A stretch of DNA of 64,000 bases from Eledone cirrhosa (lineage: Eukaryota): the NCBI GenBank assembly GCA_964016885.1, contig OZ024743.1, positions 148,056,001 to 148,120,000 on the forward strand. The letters are read 5' to 3'. The notes under the pieces were generated by a model. It was given only the letters and a program-made list of their open reading frames with translations, was not told the origin of the DNA and did not search any database. Shown piece by piece: positions 1-13,588 of this stretch; the first letter of the stretch is position 1, and each line of letters opens with the position of its first letter. The position numbers and the translations under genes were made by a program.

Positions 1-429
1 AAGATTTCTTCTCACTAGCTTTGAATCACTTTAGTGTCTTACCGTTCTATGCCTTCATCTGCCCCAATTTCCTTCTTCAATTGTATGTAGTGGAGTGAGT
101 TAAATATGCTTATGTCCTGAGATTTGGAACAAAATGGATAAAAATTCAGAAAGATTAAAAGATTTAAAGAGATTACAGCACGAAATGATAACTTTCAAGA
201 TTAATATTTAAAAAAATATTTTTTAAATATATGAACAAATATATTGACAAGCTGAAGAATTTGAACTTTCCGGTGATCCTAACAGAAAGATAAATACCCA
301 GAGATAATGCTGAGTAAATTCTAATAAACAACGTTGGTTGAGTTTAATGCTTTATACTGGTGGGTGTTGGTACTATTGAGGCATAGGGAAACATTTCTAA
401 TGAATTGTTTCATTCTTGACTGAAACCAT

Positions 430-1070
430 TATACTTCACTTATTATTTTAATGCCATTAGAAACGGCGTGAAAACACGTGGAAATACCGTATTCGAAACA
501 TGAGCTCCACGAACACCTGCTTCTTGAAGCTCCCACATTTCAGTGATGATGCAACAACAGCCATACGCAGGGTCATCCGAAGAGAAGGACTATACTTTCA
601 ATTAGCTCACTCGGGGCCCTCATTACGCGGACAACTATCTAGGAAACGACCTAGAGACCACAACAGACGCTGTACGCTGGCCAACTGCCCCAACGATAAC
701 ACAGACATATGCTATCAAGCATAGGTCGTATACAGAGTCCAGTGTGATAAATGACAACTTCTATATAGGTAGCACCAGCAGGATTTAGGAACACATTAAC
801 ACTAACGCTTCCTCATTCAAGAAACATTTAGAGAAATGCAAAAACACCACACAAAATAACAGTTATGTTTGAAACAAAAGAAAGGAACCTCGGCAGTTTC
901 AGAATTAAGGAAGCATTAATCATAACCAGAACACACCTGCAAATCAATAATAGACTATAACTAAGCACACAATACCTAACATAGAACTAGGCACACAACA
1001 CCGAACATAGAAGACCACTGGAATCTACACATAAGGGCACACATAGGCCCACTAATGATCACATTATCTC
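430..1070 (+). mobile_element. Degenerate Penelope-like element 3' fragment (linker + GIY-YIG endonuclease)
   Basis: ORF 500-724 (FLKLPHFSDDATTAIRRVIRREGL...CTLANCP...C) continues through stops into VVYRVQCDK and YIGSTSR. It is clearly homologous to the minus-strand ORF at 63596-64000. Boundaries are approximate. Confidence 0.75.
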
Positions 1071-2359
1071 TTGAACAATCAACTTTTGTTAAAATAGCCT
1101 CAGGTGAGCGAAGATCATGCAACCCTATGGTAAAAATCATTCCAAGCTAATATTCGATTTGTTCAAAAATTTACATACAATATCTGCAACCACATTTTCT
1201 AATGTGCACTGCATTTTAAAATATTGTTATTAGAAAATCATATCATGTTTATTTTGCAGACACAATCAATCAAGAATTGTGCGCTTTCTTTTACGAAAAT
1301 AAGTTGTAAGTTGGGGATTTAGCTTCTATTACTAGTCCATCGAACGGCCATTATGAAAGGCTTTCTTCTTGGCTTCAATCAAGTTTAATATCTACACAGT
1401 ATGCTTATCTATTTGACGATTGATATAGACTTTATTTAATTGACAATTAACTAATGTCTATAATTTCTATTTTGGGACTGTTTAATTAAATCATCATCTA
1501 CACAATATAGTTTTATTAGCAAGTCTCCCGATTCACTAGCCATTATTTCCAATATCAACTGCTAAAATCTATTGAACCTATGTCTACAGATGGAGTATAT
1601 ATCGGTGACATCGATTAGCCATAATATGTAAAGCTTGCCTCAATCGAAATTATCTCGACAAGAAAACAGAAACAATATTCCACTCTTAAAGGGTCCAATA
1701 AAACACAACAGAGAATCATCCATTTATTGTAGTTTCCTTTCTTTCTTTTTTCTTTCTCTCTTTCTTTCTTCCTTCCTTCCTTCTTTTCTTTCTTTCAGCA
1801 GTTAATGTTTCGAATACTATTAAAATGGAACGAAATCCAAGCTACGCGTTGGAAAATACAATTTCAAATTAATTTAATTTTGTGTAAAAATTTACTATAT
1901 TTTGTTTTATTATTTGATTTTGTAAATTTTATTTCAGTTATTTTCTTCTTCTTTCTTTTGAGTGCCATAACCAAAAAAAAAAAATAATAAAATAAAAAAT
2001 AAATAAAGATTAAAAATTTCTTTCATCATCATCTAGCATTAATTAGAAAATATTGCACCATAATAAATGATCTTTATTTAGGTGAGTGAACTTTCTCAAT
2101 AGTTCAGAGCAACAAGCAAAGAAATCAAACAGCGAGAGATACTGAGTTAATAAGAAGAATGATAGCTTTTAAAATGCTTGTAGGAAGTGAGAGTTGAAAA
2201 GATTTCCTGCACTCAGTTCATTAAAGAAGGCAAGAAGAAACCTTTGCAGAAGAGACTGAAATATTGTTTAAACTCTATTTGAATAGGTTGCCATATGAAA
2301 TATGTTCATAATCCAGTCATTGACAGTTCCTTTCCTTTTTGTTTTGTTTTGTTTTGAAA

Positions 2360-2407
<48 letters not shown>

Positions 2408-3924
2408 TAATCCTTTTCTTTTATTTTTGAAATCATGATTTGTGGTGATATAAACAGAAACGTCCAATGGATTCCCGTTCATTTCCTACATTTCTAACCA
2501 TTTGTTGAATTATAATGGCTTATTTAGACTGCCATATCCTACCGTTCGACTGATTTATTTACCATCGTATTCTTTATCAACACACAGACGAAGTGGTTGA
2601 GTTGTTCTACTCTCTCTCTCTCTAGATCCGTATCTAATAGAGTGATTTGTTAAGCAGTCAATTCTAACATGGATTTGCAGGCAATAAAGTGTAAATCTGG
2701 TCAATCACGTTAATGTACATTTAGTGTCTAACGGGCTATTGTAGTGTATGTGGCTAAAGTAATATCTTGTTTGTGGCCGGCTTGCGCCAGTGATTGTTAG
2801 CAAGAATAATTAGGGATTATGTTTTCGACAACTTTTATGTTGACATGAAATTAAGCGAGCGAAAGAGTCAGATGTCAATAATTACTTTGTCCTTTGGGAT
2901 CAAGCAGCACTGGGCAGTGGACAAACGCATCTGCTTGTTCAGAAATCCTCCATTCTCTATATTCCCCACTTTCATACCTACCCATTACATCTCTTTCAGC
3001 AGCCTACCGCAGCAGCAGCCATTTCGCTATTTCACTGGACTTATACACTTGTCAAAACTCCGATGGTGCCGAGAAGAGATATGTCTTTTCTTTCTTTATT
3101 TGATATATGTGTCTGGTGGTGACAGCGATGTAACTGTAACGGAGAATTTTTCTTGCCAGCTTACGCCACTTATTCTGAACTAGCCGTAAATAATGGCTCA
3201 CTTACATGCAGCAGCATGCAATATACTTTAGATTCCTTGTTTGAAAACTAAGCTTGAAGATATAATCTAAATTATCGGTGAACTATTTCCTATCTTCCTT
3301 CTTCCGAGCCACTAGATTAGTTAGGTTATTAATGTAACTCTGCTCACATTGCAAATCGAATTAACTATTTGTTATGTAACAGTCATAAGGAGAAACAGCA
3401 AATATATGCTGTCGATAAAGTTACTGTTAGTGTCCCTGTTACTGTAGATATTATAGATGTTGTTTTTAAAGTAATTGCAGTTTATCTCTCTTTTTATTGA
3501 GGTATTTGTGATTAATATAAACTAGAGATTATTTGAAGAAAAAAATATTCAATTGCGATTATTGATTGGTTTTAGAACAGTTTCAAAATCCTCTTAATTT
3601 CAGGGCAAGTATATTTAACACAAACACACGCACAGTCAGAGAAGAAGACACACACACACACTCACACACACACATACACATACATACTTACACACACACG
3701 CACACACATACACACACGCGCAAACGCACACACATATATATGTATAAATATATACATACAGAAATGTATAGATACGTACAAATATATACATTATATATAT
3801 ATGTGTGTGTGTGTGTGTTTGTGTCTGTGTGTGTGTATGTTTCTGTGTATGTATATATATAATATATGTGCATATATATTATATGTGTACATTATATATA
3901 TAAATGTATGGATATATATATATA

Positions 3925-3963
<39 letters not shown>

Positions 3964-4021
3964 CATGTGTTTGTGTTCTTTGTCTGTTTGTGTGTCTGTT
4001 TGTGTGTGTGTATATATATAT

Positions 4022-4070
<49 letters not shown>

Positions 4071-4929
4071 TTCGTTAGATTACACGGAAAAGAGCACATT
4101 TCAAAGGAAAGTACGCTTAATTCATTTTTGACAGCTTAATAAAACTAATCTTGTTGTTATACACACAGTTTAAACAAATGATTTAATTTGCCAATGTCAA
4201 AGGATTTACTTTATTCTCTAGCTTTTTTCTTTTACTACTGATTCCCCCTTCTCTCCCTTCTCCCCATCTCACTTCCCCGCCCTCTTCAACTCTTCTCTAT
4301 TTCTTTCACCTCTCTCTCTCACCTCTTCCTCCTCCTTCTCTCTCTCTGAGTCAAGTTGGAGAGTCAAGATTAAAGATATCTATTAATTCTGTTAGATTGG
4401 TTTTAACTGAATTATCAATCAACTTATTGTTTGTTAGAAAACCAAAAACTAATAAATAAATAGATAAATATGCTGAAGAATAAGTAGAGAGGAAAAAATT
4501 CTGCATCATTGTGTATATTCTTAATATTTCCTTTTAATTCATTTAAACCAAGATATTGCTTTAAGTCTCTTGTTTCAGATTGGTGTAAGTGTTATTTCCT
4601 TATCAATAATTGAAGGTGATTTATTTCCATCAAATTAAAATAAATGTATCAATTACTAAATACTCTATTATGCTTCGTTTGTAATCTAATAAATATGATT
4701 ATCACTAAAAAGAATCCACTTCTCGTTCTTCAAATAAATACTTAAATAAACGCACTGTCAAGAAAATAAATACACAATTAAACAAATAAATCCAACATAA
4801 AACTGAAATAAATTAATAAATTTAGCACGAATTGAAGTGAAAAATCACCCAAAACATAAAAGATTTTGTTTGATCGAAAATATGGCATAAGTAAAATATC
4901 CTACTTGAATTTGTTTATTTGTCTATCTT

Positions 4930-7590
4930 TATTAGTATTATTATTTCTTTTGTCACGCAGTGTAGATGGAAAATGCACTGGAGTATTTAGTCATCTATCA
5001 AGTCACAACAAAGAACTCAGGCAGATAATAATTTCGTTAGAATGTGCGCAGTGTTTAGCAAGGTGGATTTTCGGATGACACAAATCATGCATGGTATTCC
5101 CAACCGCCTTAAGGAGTCTGGGATTCTCAATGGGATTGACCCTAATGTTCCGATCATAACTGGTATCACTTTCTCATTACCTTCTCGATCTTCAAACAGT
5201 GTTGCTATCTCCACTTTTCAGTATCATTACTCGCAATATTCATATCATTTGTTATGGCTACATCTACAATCAGGCAGTATTTGTCTTTCTTGATCAATAC
5301 GATAATGTTCGGTCGGCGATGCATAATTACATTATCAGTTTGGAAAGTATAATCCCAGAATATCATTGCTTTCCCATCCTCCTTTATTATGTCAGTGTGC
5401 ATTTCCGGGTATCAGAAGTTTTGTAGATGTTCTACTTCACCCAATTGGTAGCAAGATCTGGGTCCTGTACAGCAATTATAGGGATTTCAGTGGTACACAT
5501 CAAATCAACTTGCATAAGTCTGGTCCATGATGTTATGTTATCCTTGACAACCTGTGCATTTCTTTCAAATTGCCTGTGCTTTCTCATTTCCTGAAGATCT
5601 CCTTTTCTCCTCTCTTCAACTCTTTGGTTAAACAAGTTAAACAAATCCTTGCCAGCCATTTCATCTGCATTTATATAAATATTTTCTGCTACATATTGCA
5701 ACAACTTCTAAAATATTTGTAACCACTATTTTTCAGTTTCCCTATGGTTTCTCTCGATGGCAGCTGTAATCCCCTACCTACATGCTGCTTTCTTCCCTCT
5801 TTTTATATTGAGCACATTCGGAGATCCAAAATTCTATACCGTATAACCTCTACATATCTGGACCGCTTTACTAAAAATATCTATTTAGTTTCGGCCTTCC
5901 CAAATAGTTTCAGGTCATTCATAAACAAAAGGTGCCACAAAGTTGTCTTATCGATCACCGGGTGGTAGTTAGTACTCTGAGATCTACTTCTACATCATTT
6001 TTGTTCCGTTAGTGATGTTTCTTCTTGTAAAAGAAAAGCATACAGCAATATTTGCGGAGAAGGCTCCGCAAATATTCCTGTAAGTACCTTCCATATTATA
6101 TTCAGGCATGTCATAGGATGATAGTTTCCCGTGGTATTCCTTTTACTTCTATCTTTTATAATAAGCGTTGTTCTTCCCGTTACAATCAAATGGGCAACTG
6201 CAGCTCACTGGACACATGTTTCACGAAACGTATTGAATTTTTTCAAGCAAATGTGATAGATCCCATCTGGGCCGGGAGTTTTCCAGTACCTTGGCCACTT
6301 GATCATTCCCATCAACTGTACTTATACTAATATCTCTCTGTCTATGTTTTCCTCTGAACCCTGCCTTAATGGATTCTATCCACTCGACATGCCTTCTATA
6401 CATAACAGTGTTTCCTCATATTCTATTCGAGGACTCCTTGGCCTAGTTAGCATTAAGAACAGCATCCTTCCCTTTGTTTCTTTCCAAAGTTTGGAAGAAT
6501 TGTTTTGGATTATTTTGGAACAATCTATTCTCCTCGAATTGCTTCTTTCAGTTCAATCACTGCTCCGGTATGACTGCAATCCAAAGACTGAAACTAATAA
6601 AAGAATAGAGGAATATAAAACAGTCTTACATGCAATAATATTTATAATGATATTACTACTATGTGGACAATAAGATCTATGGTATCAGTGCTGCGAGTAG
6701 AACACTGGAACGTAGTCTTACTGATATGTGAAAACCATGAATGTTTATCTTCGCAACAAAAAAAAAAAAGGAAAATGTTTCTGAGATTTGTCGAGCGTAT
6801 TCAAGCAAGGCGAGGAGGAACCATCTGTAGTTGAATATTTCCCCAAACTGTCTTTATATGCGAGTGATTAAACTGGGATTTCGTCAAATTTCTAAATGTC
6901 TTTCGACGACCCGATATTACTGTCCGTATCATATAATCCATCCTTCAAGCTAACGTTCTCTTAGATACTATCTCTTCACAGTCAGTGTCTTTTCTTCCAT
7001 TCTGTACAACCACTTATCCTTTGCAAACCCCTACTTTTCAGTCTATGCACTTTTATCATTCAATGCCTGCTTTATCTCTCCACCTTCTTTTTCACTTCCT
7101 TCTTTTGTCTCTTTGATTCTAGGCCTTTCTTACAGAACCACGAAAGTTACTCATAAGGCAACTAGATTTTGATTCACTGGACAGTTCAGCTTGCTTTTAG
7201 CTCCGTTGGTATACAAATATCTAATCCACTATTTTAACCCGTTTCTGTGCTCAGGCTACACTTTATATTTCAACTAGTATTTTTTGAATGATAATATTTG
7301 AGTTTTTATAGAATCCATTTCTTTCCCTCTTAAATCCTTTAACTTTTAATCTAAATTTACTTGATATTTCTTGGTGCCCCTACTTGTTCTCTAAACGACT
7401 TCAACCACAAGCAGTTCTTTGACTCTCTCATTTCATCTATTAAGAATATTTATTACAAGTTACCCCCCCCCCCCCCTCAGTCCGGGCATCATCTTCAATA
7501 ACTTCAAAGATCACTTTACTTTTGTTGTTTTCATACCCTTTATTTCTAGAAAAGTGTCGTTCAGCTGATTGTCAAGGATGTTTCAACAAC
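4930..7590 (-). mobile_element. Decayed R4/Dong-like non-LTR retrotransposon (RT + restriction-like endonuclease)
   Basis: Minus-strand fragments are GRTTLIIKD..GNYHPMTCLNIIWKVLTGI (RT N-terminus), IFWDYTFQTDNVIMHRRPNIIVLIKKDKYCLIVDVAI (degenerate PD..D RLE motif) and KVIPVMIGTLGSIP. It has many stops and deletions. The extent beyond ~6600 is uncertain. Confidence 0.75.
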
Positions 7591-7600
7591 ATTATCAATT

Positions 7601-7980
7601 AGGCGGTGGATTGGCAGTATCGGTAGAGGGTCGGACGCCATGCTTTCCAGCATAGTTACGTCCCTTTACGATCTGAGTTCAAATTCCGCCGAGGTTGACT
7701 TTGCCTTTTATCCTTACGGGGTCGATAAAATAAAGTACCAGTAATGCACTGGGTAATTGCTGGCCTTGTGCCTAAAGTAGAAACAATTATAAATTGGATT
7801 GGCAGTACCAGTAAAGGGTCGGACACCATGCTTTGCAGCAAAGAGTTACGGCCCTTTATGGTCTGATTTCAAATCCCGCCGAGGTTAACTTTGCTTTTAA
7901 TCCTTACGGGGTCGATAAAATAAAGTACCAGTAATACACTGATATAATTTCTGGCCTTGTGCCAAAAGTAGAAACAATTA
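7601..7980 (+). mobile_element. tRNA-derived SINE, head-to-tail dimer
   Basis: Two ~190-bp units with an A-box-like TGGCAGTATCGG, a B-box GAGTTCAAAT(T/C)CC and the core CCTTACGGGGTCGATAAAATAAAGTACCAG. ATTATCAATTA flanks the pair (7591-7601 and 7977-7987). Confidence 0.85.
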
Positions 7981-8019
7981 TCAATTAATAGTTTATGAGC
8001 CAGCAACGACGCTTCTACA

Positions 8020-8210
8020 TGGCACATAAACATGCTAGAAAGAGTAACGAAACCTCCTACAAATCACACCCACCGCGTTAGAGTGGGAGCATAGAATAAC
8101 GTGGTCTTAGAATCCTTGCACATAGCAAAAAGATGGCATGTTCACGGCTGGAATTCCTTTGATCATAGATTTACTAGATCAGGGCTGACTTGGGATTAAA
8201 CAGCAACAAT
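8020..8210 (+). repeat. Old dispersed repeat family (diverged copies near 1300, 28690, 38620, 40400, 52640)
   Basis: Variants of TGCTAGAAAnAGnAnCnAAA..CTC..CAAATCACACC recur on both strands. Confidence 0.45.
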
Positions 8211-8605
8211 CAATTCAGATTCACTATTTATTCACCTCTTTTACATTTGCCGGTATTTAATCCTTAAGTCAAATCTTGACTAAGTAGACCTATGATGAAA
8301 AATATAGTGCACTATCAGCCAAATTGGATCGATCTTTTTTAGGATTGATATCAATGAGCGAGCATGGTCCTAAGTTGACTTGTGTCTTCCATAGCTATTA
8401 CAATGGGCGTGCCAGCGAGAGAGACATTATAGTGATTACTGGACCATCTAGAAGTACCATTCACTAGTATGGGAGCGGGAATCCAAAGGTCATTGATGGT
8501 GTCCCTTTCTACCTCAGACTGATTTATTTACTAAATTACAAATATAAAAAATTCCTGCCATATAGGTTCTTCGCTTTCAGAATTCTCTCAACAAAAAAAG
8601 ACGCG

Positions 8606-8669
<64 letters not shown>

Positions 8670-9232
8670 AACAAAACTGTCTGTATATTTATATGAGTAA
8701 ATATGTATGTGTGTAAGTATGTATATATGTATGCATGCATGTATGTATGTATGTAGTAAAAGAAAGGTAGATCTTTGAGCATGTATGCGCGCATGTGTGT
8801 GTGTGAGAGAGATAGGGAGACAGACAGAGAGAGAATATGTGTATGAAACAAACAAAATATTGCACTATGCTATTTTCATTTGCAAAGGTTTTAATCAATC
8901 ACCTCTTTTGTGACATTTGCTATAGGCCGGAGTTGAAAGGGTAAGTGATGTGTATTTTTTATTGATTCAATTATTGTTGTATAAAAATATCTGAACATGT
9001 GTGTAACCGTGGTATGCTGCTGGTGGCGTCGAAGATGGTGGTTGAGTATTGTTGTGGCTACGTGGTTGTTGTTGCTGCTGCTATTGGGGATGATGGTGGT
9101 TGTTTAAAACAAATTTTAAAAAAAATGATCTTCGAAAATAAATCTCAGATTGTATTTCTGGCGAAATTAATATAGGGGAAAATGTTTCGTTTTGCTGTTT
9201 ATTCATATTAGTTATGTGATTATATATAGTAT

Positions 9233-9298
<66 letters not shown>

Positions 9299-9302
<4 letters not shown>

Positions 9303-9532
9303 AAGTATGACCACGACGGCAGAGCTCAAGCCGTTTCGACGGCTATTTCTGGACTAAATTAGAATTTTTAGCCTGGTGAATAAAAATTCTAATTTAGTCT
9401 AGAAATAACCGTCGAAACGGCTTGAGCTCTGCCGTCGGGGTCATACTTTTTCCTATTTCCCACTCTTCTACCCTAAGTATTGAGTACTCTGGTGCGTTGT
9501 TGTCCATCTGGTGCCTTACCACAATTCCTTTG

Positions 9533-9534
<2 letters not shown>
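9299..9534 (+). mobile_element. Fold-back pLTR fragment related to the 19.4-23.4 kb PLE, inserted in (TA)n
   Basis: The left arm is the reverse complement of the right arm. The right arm carries the HHR 3' half GAAACGGCTTGAGCTCTGCCGTCGGGG and the ~80-nt tail ending CCTTTGTT. Confidence 0.85.
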
Positions 9535-9571
<37 letters not shown>

Positions 9572-9582
9572 TACATATATAA

Positions 9583-9703
<121 letters not shown>

Positions 9704-9955
9704 CATATACACACTTACACATATATATATACAGAATGAGAGAGTGAACTGCTTAATTATTTATGATATTGCTTGTATGTTTACTGTTTGGTTTTGAACA
9801 GAAAAAAACCAAACCTTTGACAATAACTCGAGCTTCAGCGATTCAGTGGAGGTCAACCTCATTAACACACACGATCTTCCTATTGCTGCTGCTAATCTTG
9901 CTAACGCTGCTAATAATGATACTACTATTACTACTATTCTTACTACTACTGCTTT

Positions 9956-10001
<46 letters not shown>

Positions 10002-10317
10002 TGTCATCGTCATCGACATCCTAGTCATCAATAGTTTGTAAATAAAATGGTAACTCGTGAATTTTTGAATGAAATGAGCGCCGTCAATTTATAACTTTTT
10101 ACTAGAGTAAATATTTAAAAATGGAATATATTGGTTATTGGTCAATCAGCTCTAAGGTGCGTGTGTATGTGAGTGTGAAAGAAAGAAAGAGAAAGAAGGA
10201 GAGAAAGAGAGAGTGGAGGAAGAGAGAGCGAGAGAGAGAGAGGGGAGGTTATGGTTGGCATAAATCTGCCGTATTGCGCCGTGTTTATGTCAAAAACATA
10301 TATAGGATAGTATAATG

Positions 10318-10461
10318 CAAGGCTTTTCAATCGAGGTGCCGCAATATCATAGAATATCGCAGACAGAATTTACCGGTATCGCAAGCACACAGTATGAGTG
10401 ATGCATACATTAAACATGGGGTAACAGAGCCACGAGGTCACAGAAACTTTGAAAACCTCTG
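10318..10461. mobile_element. hAT-like MITE
   Basis: Imperfect TIRs CAAGGCTTTTCAA / TTGAAAACCTCTG. The 8-bp flanks GTATAATG / GTATAATA match at 7 of 8 positions. Confidence 0.6.
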
Positions 10462-10482
10462 GTATAATACAAGAATATAAAT

Positions 10483-10625
10483 AATTGTTTCTACTTTTGG
10501 CACAAGGCTAGCAATTAGCCAGTGTATTACTGGTACTTTATTTTATCGACCCCGTAAGGATGAAAGGCAAAGTTAACCTCGGCGGGATTTGAACTCAGAA
10601 TGGCAAGGGCCGAAATAATGGCGAC
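10483..10625 (-). mobile_element. tRNA-derived SINE, 5'-truncated/diverged
   Basis: Contains CTGGTACTTTATTTTATCGACCCCGTAAGG and GGGATTTGAACTC. Confidence 0.85.
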
Positions 10626-11533
10626 ACAGTGTTATTTGGTGATATTCAATGTGGTGAAATTCAAATGGGAAAATTTACCTGCAACAGGTCACCGCTCTAA
10701 GGAGAGAGCGATTATCCTTTTTCCACATGACTCATTGTTGTTTCGAACACTACTAACGTAGAAAAATACTGGGGGGTTTTTTCGGGTATTTTGACTCAGC
10801 ACAATTTAAACAAATAAAATATGTGAAAGATCGCTATATAATAAATGTATTGTGGATTGCCATTAATTTCAACATTACTCTCTAGCTAAAAATCTTAAAA
10901 CGAAAGACCTCGTCCTTCGAGCATTTAACAATAATAATTTGTAAAAAAGGATTTATTTTAATTTCCCAAAAGCTAGCCTTCTTTACTGTAAGTTTTTACA
11001 GATGGAGTTGTCGAGTTCGAATTAATGACATACTTTATATATCCACTTTGTGTTTCTTAGTAGTGTGCATAACTGATGTCCATGGTGGTTGACAGAATAT
11101 GTATGTATCTATGTATGCATGTACGTATGTATGTATATTCTTCTGGTTTTATAATTTCACCAATTTTTTCCCAATAGAGAGAAAGAGTCGGTTTCTAACA
11201 TAGACATAAGACTCTCTCATTGAAATTTACACAACATCAACTAGATTTTGTTTGCATGCATGCATGTGTAGATATGGATGTTATTGTATGTGTGGATGTG
11301 TATGTTTTGAGTTGTATGTGTGCATGTGTATATACTTTGTATCTGTACATGTGTATATGCAGTTATTAGATGCACAATTTTTGGAATGTTTTACATATTT
11401 CTACTGTGCCATTAATGGATTGTATTTGTAATTTCCTAATTAGTCGTGTCCTTCTGTTTCTGTGAAGCCTAGCTTCTCAAGATTTGTATTGAGGCAGTTA
11501 CTAACATACCCCAATGCCCCAATAATCACAGGC

Positions 11534-11568
<35 letters not shown>

Positions 11569-11976
11569 TGTATGTATGTATGTATGTATGTATGTATGTA
11601 TGTATGTATGTATGCATGTATATATTTCTATATGTAAGTATGTATGTATTTTCCCGATATGTTTCTTTTAATTCATATATACGTATATTTTATTACTATT
11701 ATCATTAATATTGGTGTTATTATCATTACTTCCAGAGTTTCATGTAAGTTTCTACTACATCCCCAGCTTTATTATTGTAGGTGTAGGAGAATATATACTT
11801 CTGGTTTGTTATGAGGATTAACTTGTTTCTGGTGTTATGCTAGTGTGCGTTCTATTGTTTTTAGAGTATGTGACGTGTTGTTTTACTGGATGCTTGTTGT
11901 ATGTGAAAATTGTTCTATTTGAGGTGATTAAAGCAGAACTATTATTTAAACAGGGTATATATGTATGTATATACGT

Positions 11977-12113
<137 letters not shown>

Positions 12114-12136
12114 CACACATATATATGTATATATAT

Positions 12137-12755
12137 ATTAGAATTGGTGCTCTGAAATAGCGATACATATATGAATGTATATATAATATATTTTGCAATA
12201 CACTGTATGCTTAATTAAAGGCATTTCGAAGACCTTGCGCTATTGTTTTAGAGTAGTGACAGTCTCACTTTCTTTAATTTTCAGTAAACAGGGGAGATAA
12301 AGCTGACAGAGCTCTGTTTCGCACTTTTTGGTGCTTAACAAAGCTAACTACTCCGCCTGTTTGCTGAAAATCATGAATGTTTGATTCTTATAGAATTGTA
12401 GTAATAATCAGGAACTGACTATACAGAGCAGTTGCCGGTCAAGCAGAAATTGAAAATTAGAATTGGTGCTCTGAAATAGCGATATATATATGAATTATTA
12501 TATGAATTATTATATGAATTATTATATGAATTATTACTAGAATTCTATAAGAATTCAACATTCATGATTTTCAGCAAACAGGCGGAGTAGTTAGCTTTGA
12601 TAAGCACCAAAAAGTGCGAAACAGAGCTCTGTCAGCTTTATCTCCCCTGTTTGCTGAAAATTAAAGTAAGTGAGACTGTCACTATTCTAAAACAATAGCG
12701 TAAGGTGCTCGAAATGTTTTTAATTAAGCATACAGTGTATTGCAAAATACTCTAT

Positions 12756-12757
<2 letters not shown>
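12137..12757. mobile_element. Retrozyme-like family A, fold-back insertion in (TA)n
   Basis: Inverted arms, with a 319-nt direct periodicity (ATTAGAATTGGTGCTCTGAAATAGCG at 12137 and 12456). There is an HHR in each arm and no ORF. Confidence 0.8.
12593..12637 (+). ncRNA. Type-I hammerhead ribozyme, U3-A8 core
   Basis: AGCT-TTGATAA-GCAC caaaaa GTGC-GAAA-CAG agct CTG-TC-AGCT: all three stems pair. A mutated copy lies on the minus strand at 12301-12345. Confidence 0.85.
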
Positions 12758-12811
<54 letters not shown>

Positions 12812-12817
<6 letters not shown>

Positions 12818-13588
12818 AGAAATTTCGTATTTCTAAAGAAACACGGTTTTAGGAGGCCGTAGCTATGCAAACACCGGGGCTAACGCCCTCTGGTGGTCTC
12901 CAGCCGAAGCAAGGGGGACAACCGTCTATGCATTTCAGGCTTGACTGGCCTTCATCAAGACGTTCCCTGCCCCCGCTTGCGACTGCTGGACTTGAAAACA
13001 GTAAAGAATATAACATTTTCTCGTCTGTGTAAATGAGGTGATTAATCTCATTTGCATATGAAGCTGAATAAGTTGGCTCAACTTATAACAGCGTTATACA
13101 AATATGTATAACGCTATAAAATATGTATAAAGCACAGCGATATACAAACACCGGTGCGTTAGCCCCGGTCATTGCATAGCTTCGGCTTCCTGAAACCGTG
13201 TTTCTTTAGAAATACGAAATTTCTATGCATATTTGTATAACGCTATGCTTGGAATGATATACTATTTCTATTCTATTATAAGTTGAACCAACTTAGGCAG
13301 CTTCATATGCAAATGAGATTAATCACCTCATTTAGACAGACGAGAAAACTATATATTCTCGGCTGTTTTCATGTCCGGCAGTTGCAAGCGGTGGGAGGGA
13401 CCGTCTTGAAGAAGGCCAGTCAAGCCTGAAATGCATAAACGGTTGTCCCTCTTGCTTCTGCTGGACACCACCAGAGGGCGTTAGCTCTGGTGTTTGCATA
13501 GCTACGGCTTCCTAAAACTGTGTTTCTTTAGAAATACGAAATTTCTATACATATTTGTATAAGACTATGCTTGAAGCGAAATCCTATT

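Noticed and set aside
2794-3183. 129-aa ORF
   Set aside because: Non-ATG start and no recognisable motif.
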